Below, in pieces: positions 15,960 through 25,327 of a DNA stretch of 32,000 bases; the stretch's first letter is position 1, and every line of letters starts with the position of its first letter. Under the pieces are notes generated by a model. It made no database searches, was not told the DNA's origin, and saw only the letters and a program-made list of their open reading frames with translations. Both the position numbers and the translations under genes were made by a program. The DNA is taken from the NCBI RefSeq assembly GCF_001945605.1, contig NZ_MPKA01000067.1:30001-62000 (forward strand), in the 5' to 3' direction. The DNA comes from Dubosiella newyorkensis (GTDB taxonomy: Bacteria; Bacillota_I; Bacilli_A; Erysipelotrichales; Erysipelotrichaceae).

Positions 15960-16565
15960 TTAATATTTGATCGTGTCCGGATGACGGATCAAGCCTTCCT
16001 TTCTCAAAAGCTCATACACTTCATCTTTTTCAAAAGGAACCTTGTTTTTCCAATAGTCGATGAACATCGATTCCGCTTCTTTCTTTTGCGAAGAAGCTCC
16101 CTTCAAAGCCGCCTCCGCCTCGACTTGCACCCAATGCGGACGCGTCAAAGACTCGTCGATCGCCTCTTTGGCCCGCTCTTCCAGATCGATACTATCCAGC
16201 AAACGATCCAGATCCTCTTCCCAAGCCGGCAAGAAATTCAACACCCGATACGCCGTAGAAGGAAGCTCCAACTTTTCGTATTCGTTCAAAGACGCTTCAT
16301 CTTCCTGCGAAACACGAATCGTCTTAAAATCATAAGGGCGAAGCTCTTCCAATTGAGCTTGACTCAGCGTAGGATCGAGATCCATGAAACGCGCGAAATA
16401 TTCCGCTTCCTTTTCATCCAGATCATACTCTGTCCACAACATTGTATACGGCCTTTCCCGACTCGCATCGCATTTGACCACATACCCAAGCTCAAGAGTC
16501 GTCGAAGCGCCCTTCGTTTTCGAAACCCAAATATAAAATGTATTCAATAGTTCTTGATTCGACAT
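15960..16565 (-). CDS. Hypothetical acidic protein (201 aa)
   Basis: ORF with SD TAGGAGG, 43 nt downstream of the amylase gene, followed by a weak hairpin and T8. No motif recognised. Confidence 0.55.
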   Translation of the reverse strand: MSNQELLNTFYIWVSKTKGASTTLELGYVVKCDASRERPYTMLWTEYDLDEKEAEYFARFMDLDPTLSQAQLEELRPYDFKTIRVSQEDEASLNEYEKLELPSTAYRVLNFLPAWEEDLDRLLDSIDLEERAKEAIDESLTRPHWVQVEAEAALKGASSQKKEAESMFIDYWKNKVPFEKDEVYELLRKEGLIRHPDTIKY

Positions 16566-16608
16566 AACAGCCTCCTACATCGATATATGTAAGAAAATTA
16601 TATCATAA

Positions 16609-18069
16609 TCATAAAGCCTGTTTCATCTTTTGATAGTCTTCTTCCAAAATATACACGGAAGCGCAGCCCCCGCCACACGAAAACAAACCTTTTCCTTCTT
16701 CATCCATATACACTTTATGATTTTCATCATGAAGATCGACAAACACTTTCTTCGCCAACGACAAATCGTTGACCTCTTTCTCTTTGTAGTCCGCGATCGT
16801 CAAGATCACCACGACAGGATGTTCTCCGGGCGCCAGCCAACACATCTTCTGCCCATCGTCATCGTTAAAATCCACGATCGAATCCGACAATAAATTTTTT
16901 CGGATCCAAACCATCTCCCGCAAATATGGCGTAGGCTGAATATTATCATGAGGGATCCCATAATAATCCCCATAGAACACACATGGATACTGACAACGAT
17001 TCAACAAAATAAGCGCGTAAGCAGCCGGCTTGAACCACTCCGAAACCCACGACTCCAAAGCTTGACCAGGCTGCGTATCATGATTATCACTAAAAGCACA
17101 CGCAAAATCCGGCTCAAGATCACTCAAAGTCCCATCAAAAATATGCCGAATATCGTAGTTGCCATTCGAATTGCTCGCCTCCATGAGCCGATAGTGCAAC
17201 GGCACATCAAAAAGCTTCATACAATGCCCACTATCCTTCAAATACTCGACCAACTCATCCGTGTTGTTCGTCCAAAACTCGCCCACCGCAAAATCAGGAT
17301 GATTGCCATATTCCTTCATATTTTTCAACCATCCAATAAAGAATCGCGCATCGATGCTTTTGATCGCGTCAAGACGAAAGCCCTTCACTCCCGTCACTTT
17401 CGTATACCAGCTCCCCCAGCGATACAATTCCGCCACAACTTCCGGCACCGAAAAATCAACATCCGCACCCATGATATAATCAAAATTACCACGCTCGTGA
17501 CTCACATTCTCCGACCATTCTTTTCCCTCGAACTGAATGATATCGTTCCGATTCGTATTGGCATCATAATCCGTTCCCGTAAAATCATCCTTATCCCATT
17601 GAAAATCGGAATATTTACCATCCCTTTCAGGAAACGTGAATTTTGTCCATACTTTCGCATCAAAATAATCACTCGTCTTTTGATTTCGGTCTCCATCGTT
17701 GATCGTCTGCACCCGCGCCGTTTCCGATTCATCCGACCCCATGCGATGATTAAGGACAATATCGCCAATCGAAATCATTCCTTCTTTATTGATCGCGTCG
17801 ACAGCTTCAATATATTCTTCTTTCGACCCATACTTTGTTTCGATAGACCCTTTGGCGCAAAACTCCCCCAAATCGTACATATCGTACACACCATAGCCAA
17901 CATCCGCTTGACCTGCCTGCCCTTTATAGGCAGGCGGAAGCCAAACCATCGTAAATCCATTGTTCTTTAAGGCGTTGACTTCCTTTTTGACCTCTTTCCA
18001 TAAAGATTGGTCTTCTGGTAAATACCATTCAAAAAACTGCATCATTGTTTCTTTCATATTTTTCACCAT
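16609..18069 (-). CDS. Cytoplasmic GH13 alpha-amylase (no signal peptide)
   Basis: 486 aa. MMQFFEWYLP...LPPAYKG...GYGVYDMYDLGEF...KYGSKEEY...GDIVLNHRMG...GFRLDAIKSID...GEFW...FSDNHDTQ. The start could instead be ATG 18057. Confidence 0.88.
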   Translation of the reverse strand: MVKNMKETMMQFFEWYLPEDQSLWKEVKKEVNALKNNGFTMVWLPPAYKGQAGQADVGYGVYDMYDLGEFCAKGSIETKYGSKEEYIEAVDAINKEGMISIGDIVLNHRMGSDESETARVQTINDGDRNQKTSDYFDAKVWTKFTFPERDGKYSDFQWDKDDFTGTDYDANTNRNDIIQFEGKEWSENVSHERGNFDYIMGADVDFSVPEVVAELYRWGSWYTKVTGVKGFRLDAIKSIDARFFIGWLKNMKEYGNHPDFAVGEFWTNNTDELVEYLKDSGHCMKLFDVPLHYRLMEASNSNGNYDIRHIFDGTLSDLEPDFACAFSDNHDTQPGQALESWVSEWFKPAAYALILLNRCQYPCVFYGDYYGIPHDNIQPTPYLREMVWIRKNLLSDSIVDFNDDDGQKMCWLAPGEHPVVVILTIADYKEKEVNDLSLAKKVFVDLHDENHKVYMDEEGKGLFSCGGGCASVYILEEDYQKMKQAL

Positions 18070-18104
18070 CCTAGAACCCTATTGTAGTGAATTTTTCAGA
18101 AAAT

Positions 18105-19312
18105 TTATTTCATTTGCCCACCAAAGAATTTTGAAAGCGTCTCAGGCTGAGCGAAATGATCAAACGCTTTCTTTTCCTCGTCGCCAATGATATCGGCCGT
18201 ATGGTACTGGATAAATTGACTATAGATCCCCTCCATCGGGATCCGCGTATTGATCGGTCCCGATCCTGCCATATAGGTATAGGTATCTTGATCTAGATCA
18301 ACGACAAGATAGCGCGAATTGAATAAGATCTTCACGCCCTCGAGCACATCGACAAAGATCCGATTCTCGACTTCGAGATGTTTTCTTCGATCCCGCATCT
18401 TCTTGAACAAATAAATGAGCAAGAGCGCGAACAAAATGAGTAGACACCCCTCCAAGATAAAGCCGCTCCGATTGGCGTTGGAAACCATCACATCCGTAAT
18501 TTGGCGAGGAAACCCTTGCACGAGCATGAAATCATAGCAAGGCACAGGCAAAACACTCACATTTTCGATCGGACCTTCTTTCTCGTTGACAAAAATCGTC
18601 TCTTTTTGATCGTTTACCGCATCTATGACTTGCCGACTATCGGAAGTGCTCATCGATTTTTGATCGAGCAAATACGGATAGAGCGGATCCCCACTCACAT
18701 TGGAAGAAGAACTCGCCACGATCGTTCCATCCTTCGAGCTCAAAAGCATCGGCACGCGCACATTGAAATATTCTGTCGTCAACATCGAACGCAAATAATC
18801 TTGCGCGAAAAACAGCCCAAGAAAAAGACCTTTGATCTCGCCGCCCTCTTTGACAGGCGCGTAAAAAACGATCATCGGCTTTCCATTGATGCGGGAAGCC
18901 GACACATATTCTAGGCCACTTGCCCCAGACATCCCTTTTTAAAATACGACCGATCTTGGATCTGGCACACTTGCCCGTCGCTTGAAAGATTGTTTCCATC
19001 CCGATCGACATAGCGGACCGCGTCAAAATTCGTATGGTTTTCAAGTTCTTTGAGTGTATCGACATCAATAAGCGCGGAACTATCTCCCATCGACGCTAAA
19101 TAGGCGCTGTTTTCGATCCGCTGCAGCGCGGTGTTGAACTCGCTGCCGATCCTTTCTGCGCTTTGGGCCGCGAACGATTTGGCGTACTCCTTATTTTGTT
19201 CTTGGATGCGTGTCACATTGGCAGCCATGTAATACCACAACAAGCCATAGCCGATCACGAATACGAGCACGACGATTCCTAGCGATTTCCACTTCTTCTG
19301 CCGATTCTTCAT
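18105..19312 (-). pseudogene. Cache-domain membrane protein (TM-dCache-TM-short tail) interrupted by a 1-nt frameshift in an A5G3 tract
   Basis: The upstream part starts at ATG 19312: MKNRQKKWKSLGIVVLVFVIGYGLLWYY...DRSYFKKG. The downstream part is ORF 18105..18932: MSGASGLEYVSASRINGKPMIVFYAPV.... Adding one base to AAAAAGGG (minus strand; 18940-18933) gives a continuous YFKKGMSGASG. A second TM segment (FILEGCLLILFALLLIYLF) is followed by about 95 aa with no recognisable output domain. Confidence 0.7.
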
Positions 19313-19381
19313 GATCTTTTTCCCTTTTTCTTTCTTTTTTTCGATACTTTTATTGTGTTTTCTCTCCGTTTTTCTGACAAC

Positions 19382-19411
19382 AAAAAAAGCACCTGAACTC
19401 GATTCAGGTGC
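19382..19411 (-). terminator. Rho-independent terminator after the HD gene
   Basis: Minus strand: GCACCTGAA-TCGAG-TTCAGGTGC followed by T7. It lies inside the artefactual N-terminal extension of ORF 18911..19435. Confidence 0.85.
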
Positions 19412-19418
19412 TCGCAAT

Positions 19419-19901
19419 TTATTTTGTCGTCTCAAAGCTCCAGTTTTTGAACCAGCACTCTTTAAAAGCGCAAATCTTGTCCGCCAAGGTGATGATCCAG
19501 CCTTCCCGATGTTTTGGAGGCTTGATCGTCAAAGGAAACATGTGCTTTAAGATCGCGTCCTTCTCTCTTGGATCCAATCCAAAATCCCGATGCGCGTTCT
19601 TGCACGCAAAGCGTGGATGCTTGAATCCATGCCATTTATGCCAATCGGCATCTTCATGCCAATCATAAAGATAATAATCATGCAAAAGGGATGCGCGGAT
19701 CAGTCGATCCTCATCGACTTTGATCTTTAAAAGATCCGCGATCTTCAAACTCGTGTAGGCGACATGACACACATGTTCATGAACGCTCACGTTTTTATGG
19801 TGTCTATATTGATGTTGTTGGAAAAAAGGGCCTTTTTGTTCCAGTCGAGTCACATGGTGGCGCACCTTCTCCTTCATCAGCTCTCTTTTCTTCGTATTCA
19901 T
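19419..19901 (-). CDS. HD-domain phosphohydrolase
   Basis: 160 aa. HEHVCHVA...LLHDYYLYDW...ADKICA has the H...HD...D pattern. Confidence 0.7.
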   Translation of the reverse strand: MNTKKRELMKEKVRHHVTRLEQKGPFFQQHQYRHHKNVSVHEHVCHVAYTSLKIADLLKIKVDEDRLIRASLLHDYYLYDWHEDADWHKWHGFKHPRFACKNAHRDFGLDPREKDAILKHMFPLTIKPPKHREGWIITLADKICAFKECWFKNWSFETTK

Positions 19902-19907
19902 AAGACG

Positions 19908-19936
19908 ATTATAAGAAATTGACCCTTAACAATCAA
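19908..19936 (-). promoter_or_regulatory. Promoter TTGATT-N17-TATAAT ending 6 nt before the HD-gene ATG (leaderless-mRNA geometry)
   Basis: Minus strand: TTGATT (19936-19931), 17-nt spacer, TATAAT (19913-19908), CGTCTT, ATG (19901). No SD is present. Confidence 0.45.
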
Positions 19937-19978
19937 TATAAACATCATGGTATTTTAGAGGACAGATTCACACGGTCT

Positions 19979-21676
19979 TTATCTTTTTTGTTTCATTTTT
20001 TGCGAACGATACCGATTCATGACCGCCATGAAATCTTGTTTCCGCACTTGACAAAAATCGCGCTTTCCAAGCACGCTTAGTCCCCTCTTCTCGATCTCTT
20101 CCATCAACAGATCGGCGACTTCCCCTAACGTTTTTTTACCATCGATATACTTTTGATGGGCTTTGAGCACCATGGCTCCAAGAGTAGGAAGCTGTTCTGG
20201 ATCGATGAGCTGCTCGATCAAACGCACATCCAATGGCTCCTGATCAAGAATGATTGCGTCTAAGCCTTGGGTCTTCACTTTGATCCGGTCTTTGCTTCCG
20301 ATCGGACCAGGAAGCAATACACGCTTCCGATAAAACGCTTCTGGCTTTTCTTTCGTATGCGGGGAGCATAAGCTTGGATACGCCAGCGCCATTTCCTTCG
20401 CTCGATCCGTCACATTCAATGGAATGTATTGATCCATCTGGATCACAAGATCCGCCACTTCAAAGAAGGCGCCACTCGAGCCAGCCACCAAGATCGTGCT
20501 GCACCCTTCCATTTCATACAACTGCTCGATCCGATCCACCAAAGGAACGATCGGCTCTTGGTCGCGATGGACGACTTTTTGCATCAAAGCGTCCCGCACC
20601 ATAAAATTGGCGGCGCTCGTATCTTCATCCATCAACAAAAGCTTGCAGCCCGCCTCAAGCGATTCACTCACAGAAGCGGCTTGCGAAGTAGAGCCCGAAG
20701 CGTCTTCGGTCGAAAAATCTTTAGTCGACTTGTGGTTTGGCAGATCGCGGATAAACGTTTCGATAAAATCGTTATGGACGCTTCGTCCATCTTCGGCGCG
20801 CGATTTGATCGCGGTAGGATCGCACACGACAAATTCACGACCATCCCCATCAATGTGATCGTAGATCCCTCGCTCTAGCGCCATCAACAAAGTCGATTTA
20901 CCATGATAGCCTCCCCCGATGATCAGCGTGATCCCTTTTGGAATACCCATGCCTTTGATCTCTTTGCGATGCGGCAGCACGATCTTCACCTCCAAAGAAG
21001 AAGGAGAAAGAAAAGGCACGGCCTCTTCCATCGGCTTTTGAGAGACGCCTGATTTTCTTGGCAAGATCGAACCATTGGCCACAAAAGCGACAAGTCCTTT
21101 CTCTTTGATCGCTTCGCGCAGCGCATGCTGATCGTCCGCTAGGCTGTGAGCGATCATGAGCGCTTCCCGGTCGGTTTCACTTAATTTTTCATAAAGCAAA
21201 GCCGATTCGATCTTAGAAGGCAAATAATCAAAAAGGATACGCAAAAGCTCTAAGGAGAGGACTTTGCGCCCATTGGCTGGAAAGCCAACATGAAAGCGGA
21301 GCGTGATCGTATCCTCTTCAACTCGGATCGCGGAACGTTCCAAGACCTCTTGTTTTGGTTTTGAGATCGAGATCACACCGCTTTTTCCGCTCCCTTTGCC
21401 TCTGAACGGGTCGTCTTTGAGTTGCTTGACAAAAAAGCGAAGCAGACGATCCTCTAACGATACACGACGATATTTTGTATCGTGGAATTTTTTAGGAAAC
21501 GTATTGGGCACGCGGATAGATACGTCGCTTGGCGCGGCGAACGGGTCGCCCTGCACGTGGTCGATCGATAAAATATAAGAAGGACAGGTGTATTCTCCTC
21601 TGCAGTCTTTATAGGCTGGATATCCCCGTCCTTGTATCCTTTGACAAATTTGGATCAAATCTTGTTTTGTTTTCAT
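19979..21676 (-). CDS. ABC_ATPase-family protein (predicted ATPase of the ABC class, COG3044-like), function unknown
   Basis: 565 aa. N-terminal GRGYPAYKDCRGEY...ILSIDHVQGDPFAAPS and a P-loop-like LIIGGGYHGKSTLLMALERGIY. SD GAGGTG. Confidence 0.65.
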   Translation of the reverse strand: MKTKQDLIQICQRIQGRGYPAYKDCRGEYTCPSYILSIDHVQGDPFAAPSDVSIRVPNTFPKKFHDTKYRRVSLEDRLLRFFVKQLKDDPFRGKGSGKSGVISISKPKQEVLERSAIRVEEDTITLRFHVGFPANGRKVLSLELLRILFDYLPSKIESALLYEKLSETDREALMIAHSLADDQHALREAIKEKGLVAFVANGSILPRKSGVSQKPMEEAVPFLSPSSLEVKIVLPHRKEIKGMGIPKGITLIIGGGYHGKSTLLMALERGIYDHIDGDGREFVVCDPTAIKSRAEDGRSVHNDFIETFIRDLPNHKSTKDFSTEDASGSTSQAASVSESLEAGCKLLLMDEDTSAANFMVRDALMQKVVHRDQEPIVPLVDRIEQLYEMEGCSTILVAGSSGAFFEVADLVIQMDQYIPLNVTDRAKEMALAYPSLCSPHTKEKPEAFYRKRVLLPGPIGSKDRIKVKTQGLDAIILDQEPLDVRLIEQLIDPEQLPTLGAMVLKAHQKYIDGKKTLGEVADLLMEEIEKRGLSVLGKRDFCQVRKQDFMAVMNRYRSQKMKQKR

Positions 21677-21749
21677 AAACTACACCTCAATGCATCTTCA
21701 TCATAGCGTGTTTTCATGAACAAAACTTGTATTATGACTTCAATAACAA

Positions 21750-22499
21750 TTAACACCACAAATAATCAAAATACATTTTATTTTGCGCTTCCCAGCTCGC
21801 TTCATTGTGTTTCCCATCCGGAATGATATTGATTTGAGAAAGGGCGGGCTTTGTGATCGAAGCAAAATGATCTAAATACGAATAAAGCGTCTGGCTATCC
21901 CGGCTCATTTCTTGATCGCCAATGCTCAAATACAAACGCGTATCGGGATGCAGCCAATCCTCCCCCACCTCTTCTTCGAGTTCTTTGGCGCATAAAATCA
22001 AAGAGGGCGAAAGACAAGCTGCCTTCGAAAAGATGCGGTTATAACGGATTACGCCATAATATGCCATCAATCCTCCCATCGATGATCCGCCGATCCCCGT
22101 GGCCTCGCGCGAAGGCCATGTCCGAAAACGCATGTCGATCATAGGCTTAAGCGTATGAACAAGCCAGTGCATGAACAATTCGCCATTGCCCTTGAGCGGT
22201 CCTAAAAAAGAATGCTCCTTGGGATAAGGACAATATTCATGAAGGCGGTTATTGCCTTCATGATCGCATTCGATGCCAACGATGATAAATGGCTTCTCAT
22301 ACGTGGATAAAAAGGCCTCTAGACTCCAGCTTTTGCCATATGTCGCGTCTTCATCGAAAAACAAATTATGACCATCGAGCATATACATGACCGGATATCG
22401 CTGGTCGCTTTGATCATAGTCGTCTGGCAAATAAATGTGCAAAGTCGTCATTCGATGCAATTCTTCGATTAAATATGGTTGTTTTAAGATCATACTCAT
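21750..22499 (-). CDS. Alpha/beta-hydrolase, putative esterase family
   Basis: 249 aa. YLPDDYD...YPVMYMLDGHNLF and the nucleophile-elbow motif GIGGSSMGG. Confidence 0.7.
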   Translation of the reverse strand: MSMILKQPYLIEELHRMTTLHIYLPDDYDQSDQRYPVMYMLDGHNLFFDEDATYGKSWSLEAFLSTYEKPFIIVGIECDHEGNNRLHEYCPYPKEHSFLGPLKGNGELFMHWLVHTLKPMIDMRFRTWPSREATGIGGSSMGGLMAYYGVIRYNRIFSKAACLSPSLILCAKELEEEVGEDWLHPDTRLYLSIGDQEMSRDSQTLYSYLDHFASITKPALSQINIIPDGKHNEASWEAQNKMYFDYLWC

Positions 22500-22653
22500 G
22501 AATTCCTTTCTTTTAAGCGCTTTCTTTTCTTTCCTATTCTCTATTATACGGGTAAAAATAAGAAAAAAAAAGAATACAGAACATAATACAATTCATGAAA
22601 TGTCTATGCATCGTGTGAATTCTAATCTTTCTTTAAACAAGCTAGCACTCTTG

Positions 22654-22681
22654 TTGATATGTTGCTAAAAACAAGTATAAT
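22654..22681 (+). promoter_or_regulatory. Promoter TTGATA-N16-TATAAT upstream of ftsH
   Basis: TTGATA 22654-22659 and TATAAT 22676-22681, followed by SD GAGGAG and ATG 22710. Confidence 0.45.
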
Positions 22682-22709
22682 AAAGACATTCCAATTAGAG
22701 GAGAAGTCT

Positions 22710-24575
22710 ATGAATAAACAAAAAAAATCGCTATACAACTATTATTTGATCGCTTTGATCGTGGTCGTTCTCCTGAACTGGGTCTTGTTCCCTTTTCTAA
22801 GCTCGCAAAGGATCAAGGACGAATCTTATTCGACCTTTTTAGATCAAGTCGAGGAGAGAAAAGTCGATAAAGTCCAGATCCAGGACAACACGATCTCCTA
22901 CACGCTCAAAGGAGAAGACCAAAAGTATGAAACGGTCGCGATGAACGATCCAGATCTTGTCAACCGCCTGAAGCAATCGGGCGCCACGTTCGCGCAGATC
23001 CCGACGAGTCAAATGAATCCGATCCTCGTTTCTTTGATCTCCTTTTTCTTGCCTCTTGTGATCTTGTATGGACTTGGCACATGGTTCTTTAAACGCATGC
23101 AAAAGAAGATGGGCGACCTGCCAGATCAAATGTCCTTTAGTCAAGGCGGCTTTGGGATGGGAGGCCTAGGCAAATCGAACGCGAAAGTCTACGTCGGCGA
23201 AAAAACGAAGACGACCTTTAAAGATGTAGCCGGACAAGAAGAAGCGAAAGACAATCTTAAAGAGATCGTCGACTTCTTGAACAACCCGGCAAAATATAAA
23301 GAGATCGGCGCCAAGATGCCAAAGGGCGCACTTCTTGTCGGCCCTCCAGGCACAGGGAAAACCTTATTAGCAAAAGCCGTCGCTGGAGAAGCGGGCGTTC
23401 CATTCTTCTCGATCTCAGGTTCTGAATTCGTTGAAATGTTCGTTGGTCGAGGCGCGGCCAAAGTGCGCGATCTATTTAAGCAGGCCCGCGAAAAAGCCCC
23501 ATGCATCGTCTTTATCGACGAGATCGATACGGTCGGTAAAAAAAGAGATTCTGGGGGAATCACCGGCAACGATGAACGCGAGCAAACGCTCAACCAGCTC
23601 TTAGCGGAAATGGATGGTTTCGATGGTTCGAAAGGCGTCGTACTTTTAGCCGCGACCAACCGTCCGGACACCTTGGACCCTGCCTTGACACGTCCTGGTC
23701 GTTTTGACCGCCGGATCCCTGTCGAGCTGCCAGATCTAAGAGGGCGGGAAGCGATCTTGAAGCTACATGCGAAAAACATTAAGACCTCTTCAGAAATCGA
23801 CTACAACGCCATCGCAAGGGCGGCTGCCGGCTCGAGTGGGGCCGATCTTGCCAACATCATCAACGAGGGCGCTCTTTTAGCCGTCCGCGATGGCCGCAAG
23901 CAAGTCACGCAGCGTGATCTTGAAGAAGCGATCGAGATCGTGATCGCTGGCGAACAAAAGAAAGGGGCTGTCATTTCGCCAAAAGAGCGGATGATCGTCT
24001 CTTATCATGAAATCGGCCATGCGCTCGTCGCGGCCAAATGCAAAAACACGGCGCCTGTCCATAAGATCACGATCATTCCTCGTACAAAGGGCGCTTTAGG
24101 CTATACGATGCAAGTCGAAGAAGAAGAAACGAACTTATTGACGAAAGAAGAAGCATACCAGCGGATCATGACCTATTGTGGAGGAAGAGCGGCCGAAGAT
24201 CTTGTCTTCCATTCGATCACAAGCGGCGCGAGCAACGATATCGAACAAGCCACAAAGCTTGCGCGGGCCATGGTCACTCGCCTTGGAATGTCGGAAAATT
24301 TTGGAATGACAGCCTTAGAGACAGTCAACAACGCCTACTTAGGTGGAGACACGACACTAGCTTGCTCGAATGAGACAGCGGCCAAGATCGACCAAGAAGT
24401 GATCGACTTGATCAAGAAAGCGTACAAAGACGCGTATTCGATCTTAGATGAAAATAAGATGAAGCTGCACGATCTTGCCAAATTCTTATATGAGAGGGAA
24501 ACGATTTCAGGCGAAGAGTTCATGGAAATCTTGAACAAGCCAGCGCAGATCCCGTCTTCTCAAAGCGAAAACTAA
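22710..24575 (+). CDS. ftsH: ATP-dependent zinc metalloprotease FtsH
   Basis: TM segments, Walker A GPPGTGKT, Walker [12 protein letters not shown] region [19 protein letters not shown], and the zinc motif HEIGHA. The start is moved to ATG 22710 (MNKQKK...), which has a good SD. Confidence 0.93.
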   Translation: MNKQKKSLYNYYLIALIVVVLLNWVLFPFLSSQRIKDESYSTFLDQVEERKVDKVQIQDNTISYTLKGEDQKYETVAMNDPDLVNRLKQSGATFAQIPTSQMNPILVSLISFFLPLVILYGLGTWFFKRMQKKMGDLPDQMSFSQGGFGMGGLGKSNAKVYVGEKTKTTFKDVAGQEEAKDNLKEIVDFLNNPAKYKEIGAKMPKGALLVGPPGTGKTLLAKAVAGEAGVPFFSISGSEFVEMFVGRGAAKVRDLFKQAREKAPCIVFIDEIDTVGKKRDSGGITGNDEREQTLNQLLAEMDGFDGSKGVVLLAATNRPDTLDPALTRPGRFDRRIPVELPDLRGREAILKLHAKNIKTSSEIDYNAIARAAAGSSGADLANIINEGALLAVRDGRKQVTQRDLEEAIEIVIAGEQKKGAVISPKERMIVSYHEIGHALVAAKCKNTAPVHKITIIPRTKGALGYTMQVEEEETNLLTKEEAYQRIMTYCGGRAAEDLVFHSITSGASNDIEQATKLARAMVTRLGMSENFGMTALETVNNAYLGGDTTLACSNETAAKIDQEVIDLIKKAYKDAYSILDENKMKLHDLAKFLYERETISGEEFMEILNKPAQIPSSQSEN

Positions 24576-24655
24576 AAAAAGAAAGCATTTGAGGATACAT
24601 CTGGAACGAAAAAAGTCAATAATGGATGTAAGATAGAAATAGAGGTATTACATTC

Positions 24656-25276
24656 ATGGATGCACAAGTTATGCGAAATTTTACGTATGGTCTGTTTGTA
24701 TTGACGGGTTGCGATGGCGAACACAATTCTGGTTGTATCATCAACACGGCGATCCAAGCTTCTGAACTGCCTGATGTCGTGACAGTGAGCGTCAGTAAAG
24801 ACAGTTATACGTGTGAACTGATTCAAAGAAGTCGTAAATTTAATATTTCGATTTTGGATGAGGACGCGAAATTCGAGATCTTCCGTCATTTTGGATTCCA
24901 GTCAGGCCGCGATTTTGATAAATTCAAAGACTATGACCACAAGGCGCGCTCAGAAAATGGACTCTACTATATTACGGAAGGAACCAACGCGTTTGTGAGC
25001 TGCGAAGTCGATCAGGAGATCGATCTTGGCTCGCATGTGATGTTTGTCGCGTTCGTGACCGAAGCGAAAGTACTCAGCGACGTTCCTAGCGCTAGCTATA
25101 CGTATTATCACACGCACATCAAACCAAAATTCGAAGACAAGAAAACGACAAGCGGGAAAAAAGGCTGGAGATGTATTATTTGCGGATACATTTATGAAGG
25201 AGCCGATCTTCCATCTGACTTCATTTGCCCTTGGTGCAAGCACCCGGCTTCTGACTTTGAACCGATCGATCTATAA
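24656..25276 (+). CDS. Flavin-reductase-like domain fused to a C-terminal rubredoxin (high-molecular-weight rubredoxin type)
   Basis: 206 aa. The N-terminal YGLFVLT...NSGCIINTAIQAS resembles the flavin reductase fold. The C-terminal WRCIICGYIYEG...FICPWCKHPASDFE has CxxCG...CPxC. Confidence 0.7.
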   Translation: MDAQVMRNFTYGLFVLTGCDGEHNSGCIINTAIQASELPDVVTVSVSKDSYTCELIQRSRKFNISILDEDAKFEIFRHFGFQSGRDFDKFKDYDHKARSENGLYYITEGTNAFVSCEVDQEIDLGSHVMFVAFVTEAKVLSDVPSASYTYYHTHIKPKFEDKKTTSGKKGWRCIICGYIYEGADLPSDFICPWCKHPASDFEPIDL

Positions 25277-25282
25277 AATCAA

Positions 25283-25322
25283 AAAAGAGATCTTAGCGAA
25301 ATATATCGCTTGGATCTCTTTT
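25283..25322. terminator. Bidirectional terminator between the convergent rubredoxin-fusion gene and metY
   Basis: AAAAGAGATC...(inner AGCGA-AATATA-TCGCT)...GATCTCTTTT. It is T-rich on both strands' 3' sides. Confidence 0.8.
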
Positions 25323-25327
25323 CTTTT

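Noticed and set aside
16948-17970. Very long antisense ORFs opposite real genes: 340 aa opposite the amylase (16948-17970), 272 aa at 30505-31323, 231 aa at 28369-29064, 196 aa at 23189-23779, 193 aa at 13737-14318, and 189 aa at 15981-16550.
   Set aside because: Each lies fully inside a gene on the other strand that has clear family motifs. Their products are low-complexity and rich in R, I, L and H, with no SD or promoter. They are best explained by host codon bias: few TTA, CTA or TCA codons, and GATC-rich coding sequence.
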